A stretch of DNA of 51,921 nucleotides from Fibrobacteria bacterium (lineage in GTDB: Bacteria > Fibrobacterota > Chitinivibrionia > Chitinivibrionales > FEN-1185). Position 1 is the stretch's first letter; every line of letters begins with the position of its first letter. The notes under the pieces were generated by a model. The model was not told where the DNA came from. It ran no database searches and saw nothing but the letters and a program-made list of their open reading frames with translations. The stretch is from contig JBBIGR010000038.1 of NCBI GenBank assembly GCA_037447435.1, positions 1 through 51,921 on the forward strand, read 5' to 3'. Shown here one piece after another: positions 37,314-46,520 of the stretch. Position numbers and translations under genes: made by a program.

Positions 37314-38303
37314 CTACTTTGGAAGACTTTTAATGCCCAACATTTCCCGGGCCCTCTGGTCCAGACAGCTCGCCAAACCGTTTGGGATTCTTGCCGACAA
37401 ACCGGAAGATTCCCACACTTCGGGACTTTCCATGCATAAGTAAAGAGGAACGGTTGCATCGTGGGACTCGATTTCATTCCGCATTGCGGAATAAATGGCG
37501 GTCCGAATAGGCCTGAAATAACGGTATTTGCCGTCTTCACCGAGGACCATTTCCGATGAGAACAGCGGCAAATGCAAATTCCTTTTTTTAAGATGTTCCT
37601 TAAGAGCCGGGGCAGACCGGAAACCTCCCATACTCCACCAGGCGATTTTCGAAGGGTCTTTTACAGTTGAGAAAATTCTCTTTACGACGTCGGGGTATGT
37701 CGATTCCCAACCGTCGTGGTAGATAAGAGGGTCAAAATGAAACGCAACCCAAAATCCCATTTCCAAACATTGCTTCGCAGCTTCCAGCCGCTGTTGCAAT
37801 GAAGCAGTATTTTGCTCGTGCATCGCAATCATTTCCGGCGTATTCATGGAAAACCCGATGACAACCCGGTTCGGATACTTGATTTTGGACAGACTCGCAA
37901 TTTTGGTGCTTTTTGTCTTGAATTCGATACAAGCCCGGGGATACGGTTCAAGCATTGCGGCGATTTTTTCCGCGATGTGAAACTCGTCGTTTAAAAAAAG
38001 ACTGTCGCCGAACTCGCCGGTGCCGAAGCGGACCACGCCGTGCCACGCTTTCATTTTGTCGTCGAGTTCTTTGTGCAACGATTCCAAATTTTCGTAAACC
38101 ACCTGACCTTGATTTTCGAGATACGCCTGCAATACGCAGTACCGGCAATACATGCCGCATCCGGTGAGCGGCGTTATGATTTGGTAGCCGCAACACAAAT
38201 AGCCTTTTGTCGTGCCCGGGCAGGGTTTCCAGAATTCGCCTGATTCAACGGCAGACGCAATTTCGTTGCGCTTGGCCATGACCGAAACGGGTATTTCAAC
38301 CAT
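37314..38303 (-). CDS. Spore photoproduct lyase (SplB)-like radical SAM protein
   Basis: CPGT..YLCCGY, GCGMYCRYC, GTGEFGDSL, EFKTKS, FHFDP, DGKYRYF and YLCME motifs. Confidence 0.85.
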   Translation of the reverse strand: MVEIPVSVMAKRNEIASAVESGEFWKPCPGTTKGYLCCGYQIITPLTGCGMYCRYCVLQAYLENQGQVVYENLESLHKELDDKMKAWHGVVRFGTGEFGDSLFLNDEFHIAEKIAAMLEPYPRACIEFKTKSTKIASLSKIKYPNRVVIGFSMNTPEMIAMHEQNTASLQQRLEAAKQCLEMGFWVAFHFDPLIYHDGWESTYPDVVKRIFSTVKDPSKIAWWSMGGFRSAPALKEHLKKRNLHLPLFSSEMVLGEDGKYRYFRPIRTAIYSAMRNEIESHDATVPLYLCMESPEVWESSGLSARIPNGLASCLDQRAREMLGIKSLPK

Positions 38304-40020
38304 GGGTGATTTTTTCCTTTTTCGGGTCTTTATTCCACCACATGATCGCTTCTTTTTGGGCCCGGACATCGCTTAACTTATATGAAACGAAAACGTTTTT
38401 TAAGGTAAACGGGTCTTTTTGGGTGTAGTACATCGCGCATGAAACCGTCATGGGAATGGGAATAAATTCCTGAACCTGACGAACGCGTAAATTCCGGCGT
38501 TTGAGATACGCCCCCAAGGCAATGGCGTCTTTGAGTGTGCTGCCCGGGTGGCCTGCAATGAAATACGGAACAAGATATTGTTCTTTCCCCGCCTTTTTTC
38601 CTTCGCGCGAAAAATGCGCCTCAAACTCTTCCCAGCCGCTATCCTGGGGTTTTCCCATTGCCGCAAGCACGTGGCCGACCGTATGTTCCGGCGCAACCGA
38701 CAATTGGCCGCCGGTTGCTTTTTGAGCAATTACGGAAATGGCGTTGGGGTATAACAGCGCCAAATCCATACGGATCCCCGAATTGACATATGCATGTTTC
38801 ACGAATTTATTGTCCGATACCGCATGGATGACTGAGGCAAAATGCGATTGGTCGGTTTCAAGAAATTGACAAACGGCCGGAACCAGACAGCTTCGCCTGA
38901 TGCAGGGCTTTGACGGATTAGGCCTGCGGCAACCCAAACCGTACATGTTTGCGGTTGGCCCGCCGACATCGGAAACGATACCTTTCCAGCCCTCCCCTTT
39001 TGCGCGGGTATCAACCTCTTTTTGTATCGAACGAAGCGACCGGCTTTGAATTGTTTTGCCCTGATGCGCACCGAGTCCGCAAAAATTGCATCCGCCGAAA
39101 CACCCCCGCACGATTGTCAGGGAATCCTTAATTTGTTCGAACGCGGGAATCTTTTCGGAATATGCGGGATGGGGTTTATAGGTGAACGGCAAACCGTAGA
39201 TGGAATCGAATTCCTGTTGCGTCAACGGCGCGGACGGTTTATTGACAAGCACTGCCCGCGTGCCGGCATGCTGCAAAAAGGCCTTGTCGGGATTTTCATA
39301 AAACAACTTCGTCATTAATGAAAATGCGTCTTTGGATTCCTTGACCCGCTCGTGCGAAGGCAAGGACACGAGATCGGGTATATTTTCAAGATGTTCGATG
39401 TCCGTTTTTCCCAATGCAACGACGGTACCCGGGATATGAAGCATATCCTTGATCGCCTGTCCATTTTTACTCAGGGTAATAATTTCCTTGAGCTGGTTCT
39501 CGGCCATTCCGTAGACGAGCATATCGGCTTTTGCATCGAGCAATATCGATTGGCGGACGGTATCGGACCAATAATCGTAATGGCTGATCCTCCTCAAACT
39601 CGCTTCGATACCGCCGAGAATAATGGGAACATTTTTAAAATGCCTGCGTATTGCATTGCAATAGGCTATAACGGCTCGCGGAGGTCGATTTCGAGCCTTG
39701 CCTCCCGGTACATACGGATCGTCGCTCCGGGGTTTTTTCTGAGCGGTAAATAACGACATCATTGAGTCGACATTACCGGCGGTTACGCCGAAAAATAATT
39801 TCGGTTGTCCAAGTTCGAGGAAGTCCTTGCCATTCGAAACATCGGGCATCGCGATGATGCCGACGGTGCAACCGCACCATTGGCAATATCTGCCGACTAA
39901 CGCAGCAGCAAAAGACGGGTGATCGATGTACGCATCACCCGTCACAAGTATGATATCAAGCTGTTCTATGCCGTTTTTTTGTAGTTCCTGCCGGGATATC
40001 GGAAGAAATTTCGGGATCAC
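38296..40020 (-). CDS. ygiQ: YgiQ (UPF0313) family radical SAM protein
   Basis: TGDAYIDHPSF, GNVDSM, GGIEASLRR, RGCFGGCNFC, DVGGPTANMY and VAPEH motifs; GTG start at 40020. Confidence 0.93.
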   Translation of the reverse strand: MIPKFLPISRQELQKNGIEQLDIILVTGDAYIDHPSFAAALVGRYCQWCGCTVGIIAMPDVSNGKDFLELGQPKLFFGVTAGNVDSMMSLFTAQKKPRSDDPYVPGGKARNRPPRAVIAYCNAIRRHFKNVPIILGGIEASLRRISHYDYWSDTVRQSILLDAKADMLVYGMAENQLKEIITLSKNGQAIKDMLHIPGTVVALGKTDIEHLENIPDLVSLPSHERVKESKDAFSLMTKLFYENPDKAFLQHAGTRAVLVNKPSAPLTQQEFDSIYGLPFTYKPHPAYSEKIPAFEQIKDSLTIVRGCFGGCNFCGLGAHQGKTIQSRSLRSIQKEVDTRAKGEGWKGIVSDVGGPTANMYGLGCRRPNPSKPCIRRSCLVPAVCQFLETDQSHFASVIHAVSDNKFVKHAYVNSGIRMDLALLYPNAISVIAQKATGGQLSVAPEHTVGHVLAAMGKPQDSGWEEFEAHFSREGKKAGKEQYLVPYFIAGHPGSTLKDAIALGAYLKRRNLRVRQVQEFIPIPMTVSCAMYYTQKDPFTLKNVFVSYKLSDVRAQKEAIMWWNKDPKKEKITHG

Positions 40021-40024
40021 CGTA

Positions 40025-40747
40025 TTACCAACATTTTTGTTTACTTTTCCACATATCGTCCCATTTTTTAAGCCAGGTGACGAGCTCCGGCGAAGGGGAG
40101 CAAATCGCATTATCCGCAAAATCAACATAGGTCAGGGTTTTCATACGGATGATCGCCTTTGGAATCGTTTTCAATTTATTGTTCATCAGGTATAGCTCAT
40201 TCAACGAAACCAATTTGCCTATTTCTTCGGGAATCGTTGAAATTTTATTCCCCGACAACTTCAAAACCTTAAGCCCTTTGATCGAATATACATCGATCGG
40301 CAATTCGGTAAGCAGATTGGTACGCAAATCCAGGGATTTCAATGACGATAAATTTGCGAGCGATGCGGGCAATTCGGCAATTTGATTGTATTGCAAATCC
40401 AATTCCGTCAGAGACCGCAAAAATCCGATTTCTATCGGCAAATCGGATAAATCGTTTTTCCCCACATGCAATTCCCTAAGAGAAGACAATGTCCCGATTT
40501 CACGAGGAAGCGCTTTGATTCCGGATTTCCCCATCTCCTTGTTGGTAAGATCCAATGAGACGATGCGACCCAAAGAATCAAATGCGGCCACGCTTTCGAC
40601 CGTCGTGTTTTGCCATCCGGCGCTGTCTAAAATCCCACGCACGACTGCAACATCCGCAGGATTTTGTTCGGCATGGACGGATACAAAAGAAACAACCGCA
40701 AAAAATATAAAAAAACAACAGAACCCGCGTACGCGTACCTGTTTCAT
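40025..40747 (-). CDS. Secreted leucine-rich repeat protein
   Basis: Signal peptide followed by about 6 repeats of LP.EIG.L..L..L.L..N.L. Confidence 0.9.
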   Translation of the reverse strand: MKQVRVRGFCCFFIFFAVVSFVSVHAEQNPADVAVVRGILDSAGWQNTTVESVAAFDSLGRIVSLDLTNKEMGKSGIKALPREIGTLSSLRELHVGKNDLSDLPIEIGFLRSLTELDLQYNQIAELPASLANLSSLKSLDLRTNLLTELPIDVYSIKGLKVLKLSGNKISTIPEEIGKLVSLNELYLMNNKLKTIPKAIIRMKTLTYVDFADNAICSPSPELVTWLKKWDDMWKSKQKCW

Positions 40748-40846
40748 AAAAGCCCTCCCTTTGCCGCACCGGCGGCTTTTTCATTTGTAAAGTCTAGTAA
40801 TAAAATAAATAGAATACGGCGCAAAGTCAAATGCAGGAGAGTGTAC

Positions 40847-41848
40847 CTACTCTTTGGTAAGCGTTTTTCTTTGAAAGCCCGGCAATTCGAGCTTTTGTTG
40901 CAAACCGACTTGCAGCTGGATTTCCTGATACGGTTTTATCCCATTTCCCTGCGGCTTTACATGCGCTATTTCGGCGGCACAAAAAATCCCGTCTTTTATA
41001 TCGAAAACAAGACCTCCCGCAAAACGTTGCTTAGGCTCGTTAAAGCCGTCCGTGCTTCTCCCGTCGTAACGCAGGGCGATGCCGATCCGCTCGAAGGGTT
41101 TGAATAAAATCCCGGCATAATACCCCGTCGTTTTCGTGGTATCCGTATTGGATAATTGCCCGTACAATTCCGCGTCGAAGGTCAATTTACCCGCACGAAC
41201 CGCAAACGCCGCGTCAAGATCGGCGATTTCGTCGGAAACAAGCGACGACACCCTGATCAGGGATTCATCGGAGAGAGCATAGTCGCAAGACACTATGCCT
41301 GCATACTCGGCACTCGTTTCGGAAACGGAATCCCTGATTTTGGTATGCTGCCTGACAATAAAGCTGGCGCTTGGAATAAACGCGCCGAGTTTATATACGA
41401 ACGCAATTCCGGGTTTAATGATTTCGACATCGTTTAAAATAAGCGGGTCGCTTATCATCCGGGTTGTCAGTAACCCGTGATTGAACGTTTGTTGACCGAA
41501 AAGAAATTCCAACGGAAAGGAGGAAGGCTTGTAGGAAACGACCGCCTAGTACAGCGATAACGAATCGAGTTTGTTTTGGGCGAGAATCACGACCGATGCC
41601 AATACTTGTTCGCTTATGTTGACATTTGCCCCAAGCTCGACGCGACCGAGCGAAAGCGTCGCTTTTTTCAAACTGTCGGTAAGGCTGTAGTAATCGACAG
41701 TCACATAACCGCCGATTTCCATGGCCGGTTTTTCTTCCTTGACCAAGCGTACAACGCCGGGACCGGATTTTGCGGTTTGAACGGTATCGGCCGGCTGAGC
41801 GTTTATATATAATAATGACGCGATCACCCACAATACGGATTTATGCAT
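40847..41848 (-). pseudogene. LbtU-like outer-membrane porin interrupted by an in-frame TAG
   Basis: ORFs 41546-41848 and 40847-41545 are in the same frame, separated only by TAG at 41548-41546. Motifs VELGANVNISEQV, FGQQTFNHG...MISDPL and RYDG...PKQRF. Confidence 0.75.
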
Positions 41849-41878
41849 ACATCGGTTCCCTTCTTGTATTGTTGATTG

Positions 41879-41910
41879 TATTAACCCGCATAAAACAATT
41901 CAAGAAATTT
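41879..41910 (-). promoter_or_regulatory. Sigma70-type promoter region for the porin gene
   Basis: Minus strand TTGAAT-17 bp-TACAAT; the -10 lies at about 41875-41880. Confidence 0.45.
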
Positions 41911-42003
41911 ATACGACAAAAAATGCCGTGCGACGAGCAAAATCTGCCTACCGTTCCATTGTTCATTCAAACTAACCTATTGATTGGACTAACGTTGCAT
42001 GTT

Positions 42004-42018
42004 TGGCACCTTGGTTGC
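42004..42018 (+). promoter_or_regulatory. Sigma54 promoter of the flgJ-flgN-flgK-flgL operon
   Basis: Consensus TGGCAC-CTTGG-TTGC. Confidence 0.85.
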
Positions 42019-42048
42019 TTAGATATTCGAACAACAAGGATGTACACA

Positions 42049-42861
42049 ATGGAAACTATTCAAAATTCTTCATCGCTACCTCGCGCATTGCAACCTGCGG
42101 ATTTGCAAAAGGCCCAAAGCCAAAAAGCAAAAGACGCTGCCAAGGCATTTGAATCATTGTTTACCTCAATGATGGTCAAAAGCATGCGCAACGCAATTCC
42201 CCAAGGCAACGACGAGTTCCTGCCCACAAGTTTCGGTGAAAAGATGTATACGGAAATGCTTGACGAACAATACAGCGGAATGATATCCAAAAACGGCAAT
42301 TTGGGACTTGCGGACCTCATACTCAAACAGATCGGCAACACAAAAGACCAGTCGTCGTATCTATCGATGCTTAAGGGACTTAAAACGGAGCCGTGGTCGC
42401 TTGACAAGGCGTTCATTCCCTCGAAAACCGGCAGCGTAGGCGCGGTTCAACATAGTATGGACCAATGGCAGCCTATTATTAAAGAAGCGTCCGAGAAATA
42501 CGGCGTTGACCCGAGCCTGATCACCGCAGTCATTGCCCAGGAATCGGGCGGCAATCCTATTGCCGTGTCTAACCGGGGCGCAAAAGGGCTCATGCAGCTT
42601 ATGGATTCCACGGCACAGGACTTAGGTGTGAAACAGGTTTTTCACCCGCGCGACAACGTTTTGGGCGGTACGAAATATTTACGCCAACTTTTAGACAAAT
42701 ACAACCAAAACGAATCGCTTGCGCTTGCATCGTATAACGCGGGGCCTGCAGCAGTTGACAAATACAATGGCGTCCCGCCGTATCCGGAAACGCAACAATA
42801 CGTGGATTCGGTAAAGGTATTACAACAAAAATATTCGGAAAAAACAGCCCCTAATTATTGA
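42049..42861 (+). CDS. flgJ: FlgJ-like rod-binding domain fused to an SLT lytic transglycosylase
   Basis: AAKAFESLF..MVKSMR..MLDEQY..LGLADLI (rod-binding domain) plus QESGG, GLMQL, ALASYNAG and PPYPETQQYV (SLT). AAGGA RBS before ATG 42049. Confidence 0.85.
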   Translation: METIQNSSSLPRALQPADLQKAQSQKAKDAAKAFESLFTSMMVKSMRNAIPQGNDEFLPTSFGEKMYTEMLDEQYSGMISKNGNLGLADLILKQIGNTKDQSSYLSMLKGLKTEPWSLDKAFIPSKTGSVGAVQHSMDQWQPIIKEASEKYGVDPSLITAVIAQESGGNPIAVSNRGAKGLMQLMDSTAQDLGVKQVFHPRDNVLGGTKYLRQLLDKYNQNESLALASYNAGPAAVDKYNGVPPYPETQQYVDSVKVLQQKYSEKTAPNY

Positions 42862-42870
42862 GGAACGTTT

Positions 42871-43368
42871 ATGAGCGAACATACCGAACAATTGATCGTC
42901 GTGCTCATTAAAGAGCTCGAAATGCACGGGCTACTGATAGCGGCGGCACAAGAAATGAATACGTCGGTAAAAACCAATTCTCTTGAAGGCGTACAGGCTT
43001 CGTGCCGCAAGTACGACGAACTTACCTGCACCATCGCATCGCTCGAAGAAAAACGGTTATTCCACAGCGATACGATTTGCAATACAAGCGGAATACGGCA
43101 TGTCAATCTTTTATCCGTTATTTCGCATGTTGCCGAACCCTATAAAAAAAGAATCATCGACCTACGGATGCAAATCAAAGAAGCGATAGACGAATTATCG
43201 AAAATAAATTTTTCGAACGAAATTTTATTAAAAGAATCGCTTTTAAACTTTCATAAAACGTATGAAATGCTGGCACTGTACGAAGAAACAAAACTGGCCG
43301 GATACAAAAAACACGGAAAAAAAGCACAGCCGCTGCGCGGCACTTCTTTTGTCAACAAAGTAGCATGA
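42871..43368 (+). CDS. flgn: Flagellar export chaperone FlgN
   Basis: Helical protein with LEEKR and IN..NEILL motifs, directly before flgK. Confidence 0.75.
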   Translation: MSEHTEQLIVVLIKELEMHGLLIAAAQEMNTSVKTNSLEGVQASCRKYDELTCTIASLEEKRLFHSDTICNTSGIRHVNLLSVISHVAEPYKKRIIDLRMQIKEAIDELSKINFSNEILLKESLLNFHKTYEMLALYEETKLAGYKKHGKKAQPLRGTSFVNKVA

Positions 43369-43429
43369 GGATTTCGCCATGACACGCAACGACACCCTAC
43401 TATTGCAGTTTTAACCCTAGGAGATCGAT

Positions 43430-45073
43430 ATGGGTTTATTCGGACTTCTCGGAGTAGCAACCAAAGGCATGACAATGGCCCAGACCGGTATGGACCTTGC
43501 CGGCCAAAACATCTCCAACGCGGATGTTGACGGTTATTCCAGGAAGCGTATGAACCTGCAGGCCGATTACCGCATGGACGGCACGTTCGGCCAAATGGGG
43601 TTCGGCGTAAATGTTCTAAACATAGAACGTATGCGGAACACCTTTATCGATCAACAAATACAACAAAAAAACCAGGAAGTCGGATATTACACCCAACAGG
43701 ACGCGACCCTGCAGAGCGTGGAAAGCATTTTTACCGAACCCTCGGACACGGGAGTGCAAAAATATGTGGACCAGTTTTTCGATGCATGGCAGAATTTGGC
43801 CAATAATCCGACCGATCTGTCCGCACGGACGATGGTAAAAACAAACGGAGAAATACTGTCTGATGTTTTTCATACCGTTGGCAACGCGTTGCAGGAGCTT
43901 CGCAGCACTCAAAACCAGCAAATCGAAACAAGCGTTGAAAAAGTCAACAATCTCACAAAAGAGATTTTTAATTTAAACCGGGAAATCGCCGCGGTTGAAA
44001 TCAACAATCAACACGCCAACGACAGCCGCGATAAACGAGACCAGGATTTAAAGGAGCTGGCAAAGTACATTGATATCGACACAACGGAAGACTCCTCGGG
44101 ACAAATCACAGTTACGACATCGGGAAATATCATAGTGGCCCCGGCTTTTCAGCAAAACCTGGCCACTGTGTCGGCGACGCGCACCCTTCCCGACGGTACA
44201 ACGGTCAACGATGTCGGGATTCAATTCGCCGATTCGCGTAAAAATTACATGCCTCAAAACGGACAAATCCGGGCGCTGTTCGACTGCCGCGACACATTTA
44301 TTCCTCAATATCAAGCAAAGCTCGACACCTTGGCAGCATCTATCGTAACAACGGTCAACACGCAGCATCGGCTCGGCTATACGATGAACGGATACTCTGG
44401 CGTCGACTTTTTCGACCCGAACGGCACAACCGCAACGGCCATGAACGTTTCGGCATCCGTCGAATCCGATGTCAATAACATCGCGGCGGCCGCCGGCGGG
44501 CAAATCGTCGCCTTTACCGAGCCGGCACCGGTGGCATTGACGTTCGGAAATCCGCCCGCGGCATTGACCAATAAAAACATTTTGGCAAACTCCATGCGGG
44601 TTGTGGCGGGAACGACGACGCTTGTCGAAGGCACGGATTACAGCGTCGACTACGTTCGCGGCACGATACAATTGCTTCACAACGGATACAACGGGACTCC
44701 GCTCACGATAGATTACCAATACTCCGACAACGGTTCCAAAGGTGCCGGGGACAACGCCAACGCCATCGCAATAGCCCAATTACGCGAAAAAGCAACCATG
44801 AACCCCGATGTTCTGGGAACAAATTCTTCTACATTCGGGGAATATTACAGCGCGTTCATCGGAAAACTGGGATTGGCAAAAAACGAGTCGGCTTCGAATC
44901 TGGATACGAGAACATATTTGGTCAAGCAATATCAGACCCAACAGGACTCGATCGCCGGAGTATCGCTCGACGATGAAATGGCGGATATCATCAAGTATCA
45001 ACACGTGTATGCAGCATCAGCGCGAGTGATATCGATTACGGGCGAAATGCTGGACACCTTGATAAAAATGTAA
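43430..45073 (+). CDS. flgK: Flagellar hook-associated protein 1 FlgK
   Basis: GQNISNADVDGYSRKR, ANDSRDKRD and GVSLDDEMADIIKYQHVYAASARVI motifs. Confidence 0.97.
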   Translation: MGLFGLLGVATKGMTMAQTGMDLAGQNISNADVDGYSRKRMNLQADYRMDGTFGQMGFGVNVLNIERMRNTFIDQQIQQKNQEVGYYTQQDATLQSVESIFTEPSDTGVQKYVDQFFDAWQNLANNPTDLSARTMVKTNGEILSDVFHTVGNALQELRSTQNQQIETSVEKVNNLTKEIFNLNREIAAVEINNQHANDSRDKRDQDLKELAKYIDIDTTEDSSGQITVTTSGNIIVAPAFQQNLATVSATRTLPDGTTVNDVGIQFADSRKNYMPQNGQIRALFDCRDTFIPQYQAKLDTLAASIVTTVNTQHRLGYTMNGYSGVDFFDPNGTTATAMNVSASVESDVNNIAAAAGGQIVAFTEPAPVALTFGNPPAALTNKNILANSMRVVAGTTTLVEGTDYSVDYVRGTIQLLHNGYNGTPLTIDYQYSDNGSKGAGDNANAIAIAQLREKATMNPDVLGTNSSTFGEYYSAFIGKLGLAKNESASNLDTRTYLVKQYQTQQDSIAGVSLDDEMADIIKYQHVYAASARVISITGEMLDTLIKM

Positions 45074-45087
45074 CTGAGGAGTTTTTT

Positions 45088-46311
45088 ATGAACCGCGTGT
45101 CGACACGAAGCGTCACCCAACACATGCAAGAATTGTTGGCGAACAAATACAGCCAATTGACAAATATTCAAGAGCAATTGTCGACAGGCAAAAGACTTAA
45201 CCGGCCGTCGGACAGCCCCGTCGACGTGGCCAATGATCTAAAGTTACGATCGACAAGCGCAATTTTGTCGCAAAATTCAAAGAACATTTCCGACGGATTG
45301 AATTTTATGAACGTTTCCGATACCGCAATGACCAGTATGGATACGATAATTCAGCGAATGCGGGAATTGGCCATCCAGGGATCGAGCGATACCGTTTCGG
45401 CAAACGACCGGATATCGATACAACAGGAAACCCAACAATTATTCAAGCAACTCGTCGCTCTTACAAACAGTAATTATAAGGGCGATTACATTTTTGGCGG
45501 CACGCAAAGCAAGATACAACCCTACCCGATCGAAACGTCGGCAACGGACACGCCGGCGGATTACCAAAAATTGCATATGGCATATTTCAACGGCGCTACC
45601 CTCGGCGTAGGCCAGCCTGCCCAAATCAGAAATTCATTTGACAACACCGCAATGACAAATATTATTCCCGGGTCCCTGAAAATCGCAAACGGGGCGACAA
45701 CGTATGTTGAGGGGAAAGACTTTACCATGGATTATGTCAACGGCATAATAACCCCGACAAACGCCGCACTCGCCGTGGACATTTCCGACGGCGGTACGTT
45801 TGCCGGTCCCAATTACAAAATGGGCGCATTTTCCATAACGTTTGAACGGGTTGGACAAGGAAAAGACGTGTATGGAACGACCGTCGCCAATACGGGAAAT
45901 GTATTACGGGAAATCGAACCCGGTATCGTGATGCCGGTCAATATAACCGGCTCAGAGCTTACGGTGAACCCTTCGACTGGCATCGATATGATGTCCAGCT
46001 TGATAAAATTCAACCAAAACCTTTTGCAGAACAATCGACAGGGAATTTCGAGCGCAATTACCGACATTGACTCCGTTATGCAAACGCTGCTGACCGCACA
46101 AAGTAAAAACGGCGCTCGCGTCAATCGGTTTACCGCGACACAAGACCGGAACGATTCGCAGACGACCGAAACCGACTCGTTGGAATCGAACCTCGAGGAC
46201 GTCGATATGGCTGATGCAATCAGTAAATTTTCTCTTACCGAAAACGTTTACAACGCCGCATTGAAAGCTGCCTCAAAGACAATACAGCCTTCATTGACGG
46301 ATTATTTATGA
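45088..46311 (+). CDS. flgL: Flagellar hook-associated protein 3 FlgL
   Basis: QLSTGKRLNRPSDSP, GDYIFGG and EDVDMADAI..YNAAL..IQPSLTDYL motifs. Confidence 0.96.
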   Translation: MNRVSTRSVTQHMQELLANKYSQLTNIQEQLSTGKRLNRPSDSPVDVANDLKLRSTSAILSQNSKNISDGLNFMNVSDTAMTSMDTIIQRMRELAIQGSSDTVSANDRISIQQETQQLFKQLVALTNSNYKGDYIFGGTQSKIQPYPIETSATDTPADYQKLHMAYFNGATLGVGQPAQIRNSFDNTAMTNIIPGSLKIANGATTYVEGKDFTMDYVNGIITPTNAALAVDISDGGTFAGPNYKMGAFSITFERVGQGKDVYGTTVANTGNVLREIEPGIVMPVNITGSELTVNPSTGIDMMSSLIKFNQNLLQNNRQGISSAITDIDSVMQTLLTAQSKNGARVNRFTATQDRNDSQTTETDSLESNLEDVDMADAISKFSLTENVYNAALKAASKTIQPSLTDYL

Positions 46312-46392
46312 TTACCCGGTATTTTTTTCCTATTGACATGATGAAAAACCTGAAAACAGGCGAAATTCGCTTAAAAATCGCAATTGTAAGTA

Positions 46393-46407
46393 TGGCACGA
46401 TGTTTGC
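46393..46407 (+). promoter_or_regulatory. Sigma54 promoter of flagellin
   Basis: Consensus TGGCAC-GATGT-TTGC. Confidence 0.85.
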
Positions 46408-46421
46408 AAATTAGATTCACC

Positions 46422-46515
46422 GCATGGAAGCAAAGCCTGGTCAGGACGACCGTGTAGAGGCAGTTCGGGTTATACGTACCGACTGCATGGAGGCAACTGT
46501 TTCTTACAAAGGAGG
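46422..46515 (+). promoter_or_regulatory. Flagellin 5' leader with multiple CsrA-type GGA sites
   Basis: GC-ATGGAA-GC (46422), CAGGA (46442), TGC-ATGGAG-GCA (46484) and AAGGA in the SD (46509). fliW and csrA lie downstream. Confidence 0.7.
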
Positions 46516-46520
46516 GTACT

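Noticed and set aside
40847..41848. Genome-wide TAG reassignment suggested by the porin amber codon
   Set aside because: fliC (47364-47366) and fliW (47946-47948) end at TAG at their expected C-termini.
41770..42048. N-terminal extension of the flgJ ORF in the track
   Set aside because: It overlaps the divergent porin start and spans the sigma54 promoter; the RBS supports ATG 42049.
44048..44779. 243-aa minus-strand ORF
   Set aside because: Antisense shadow of flgK.
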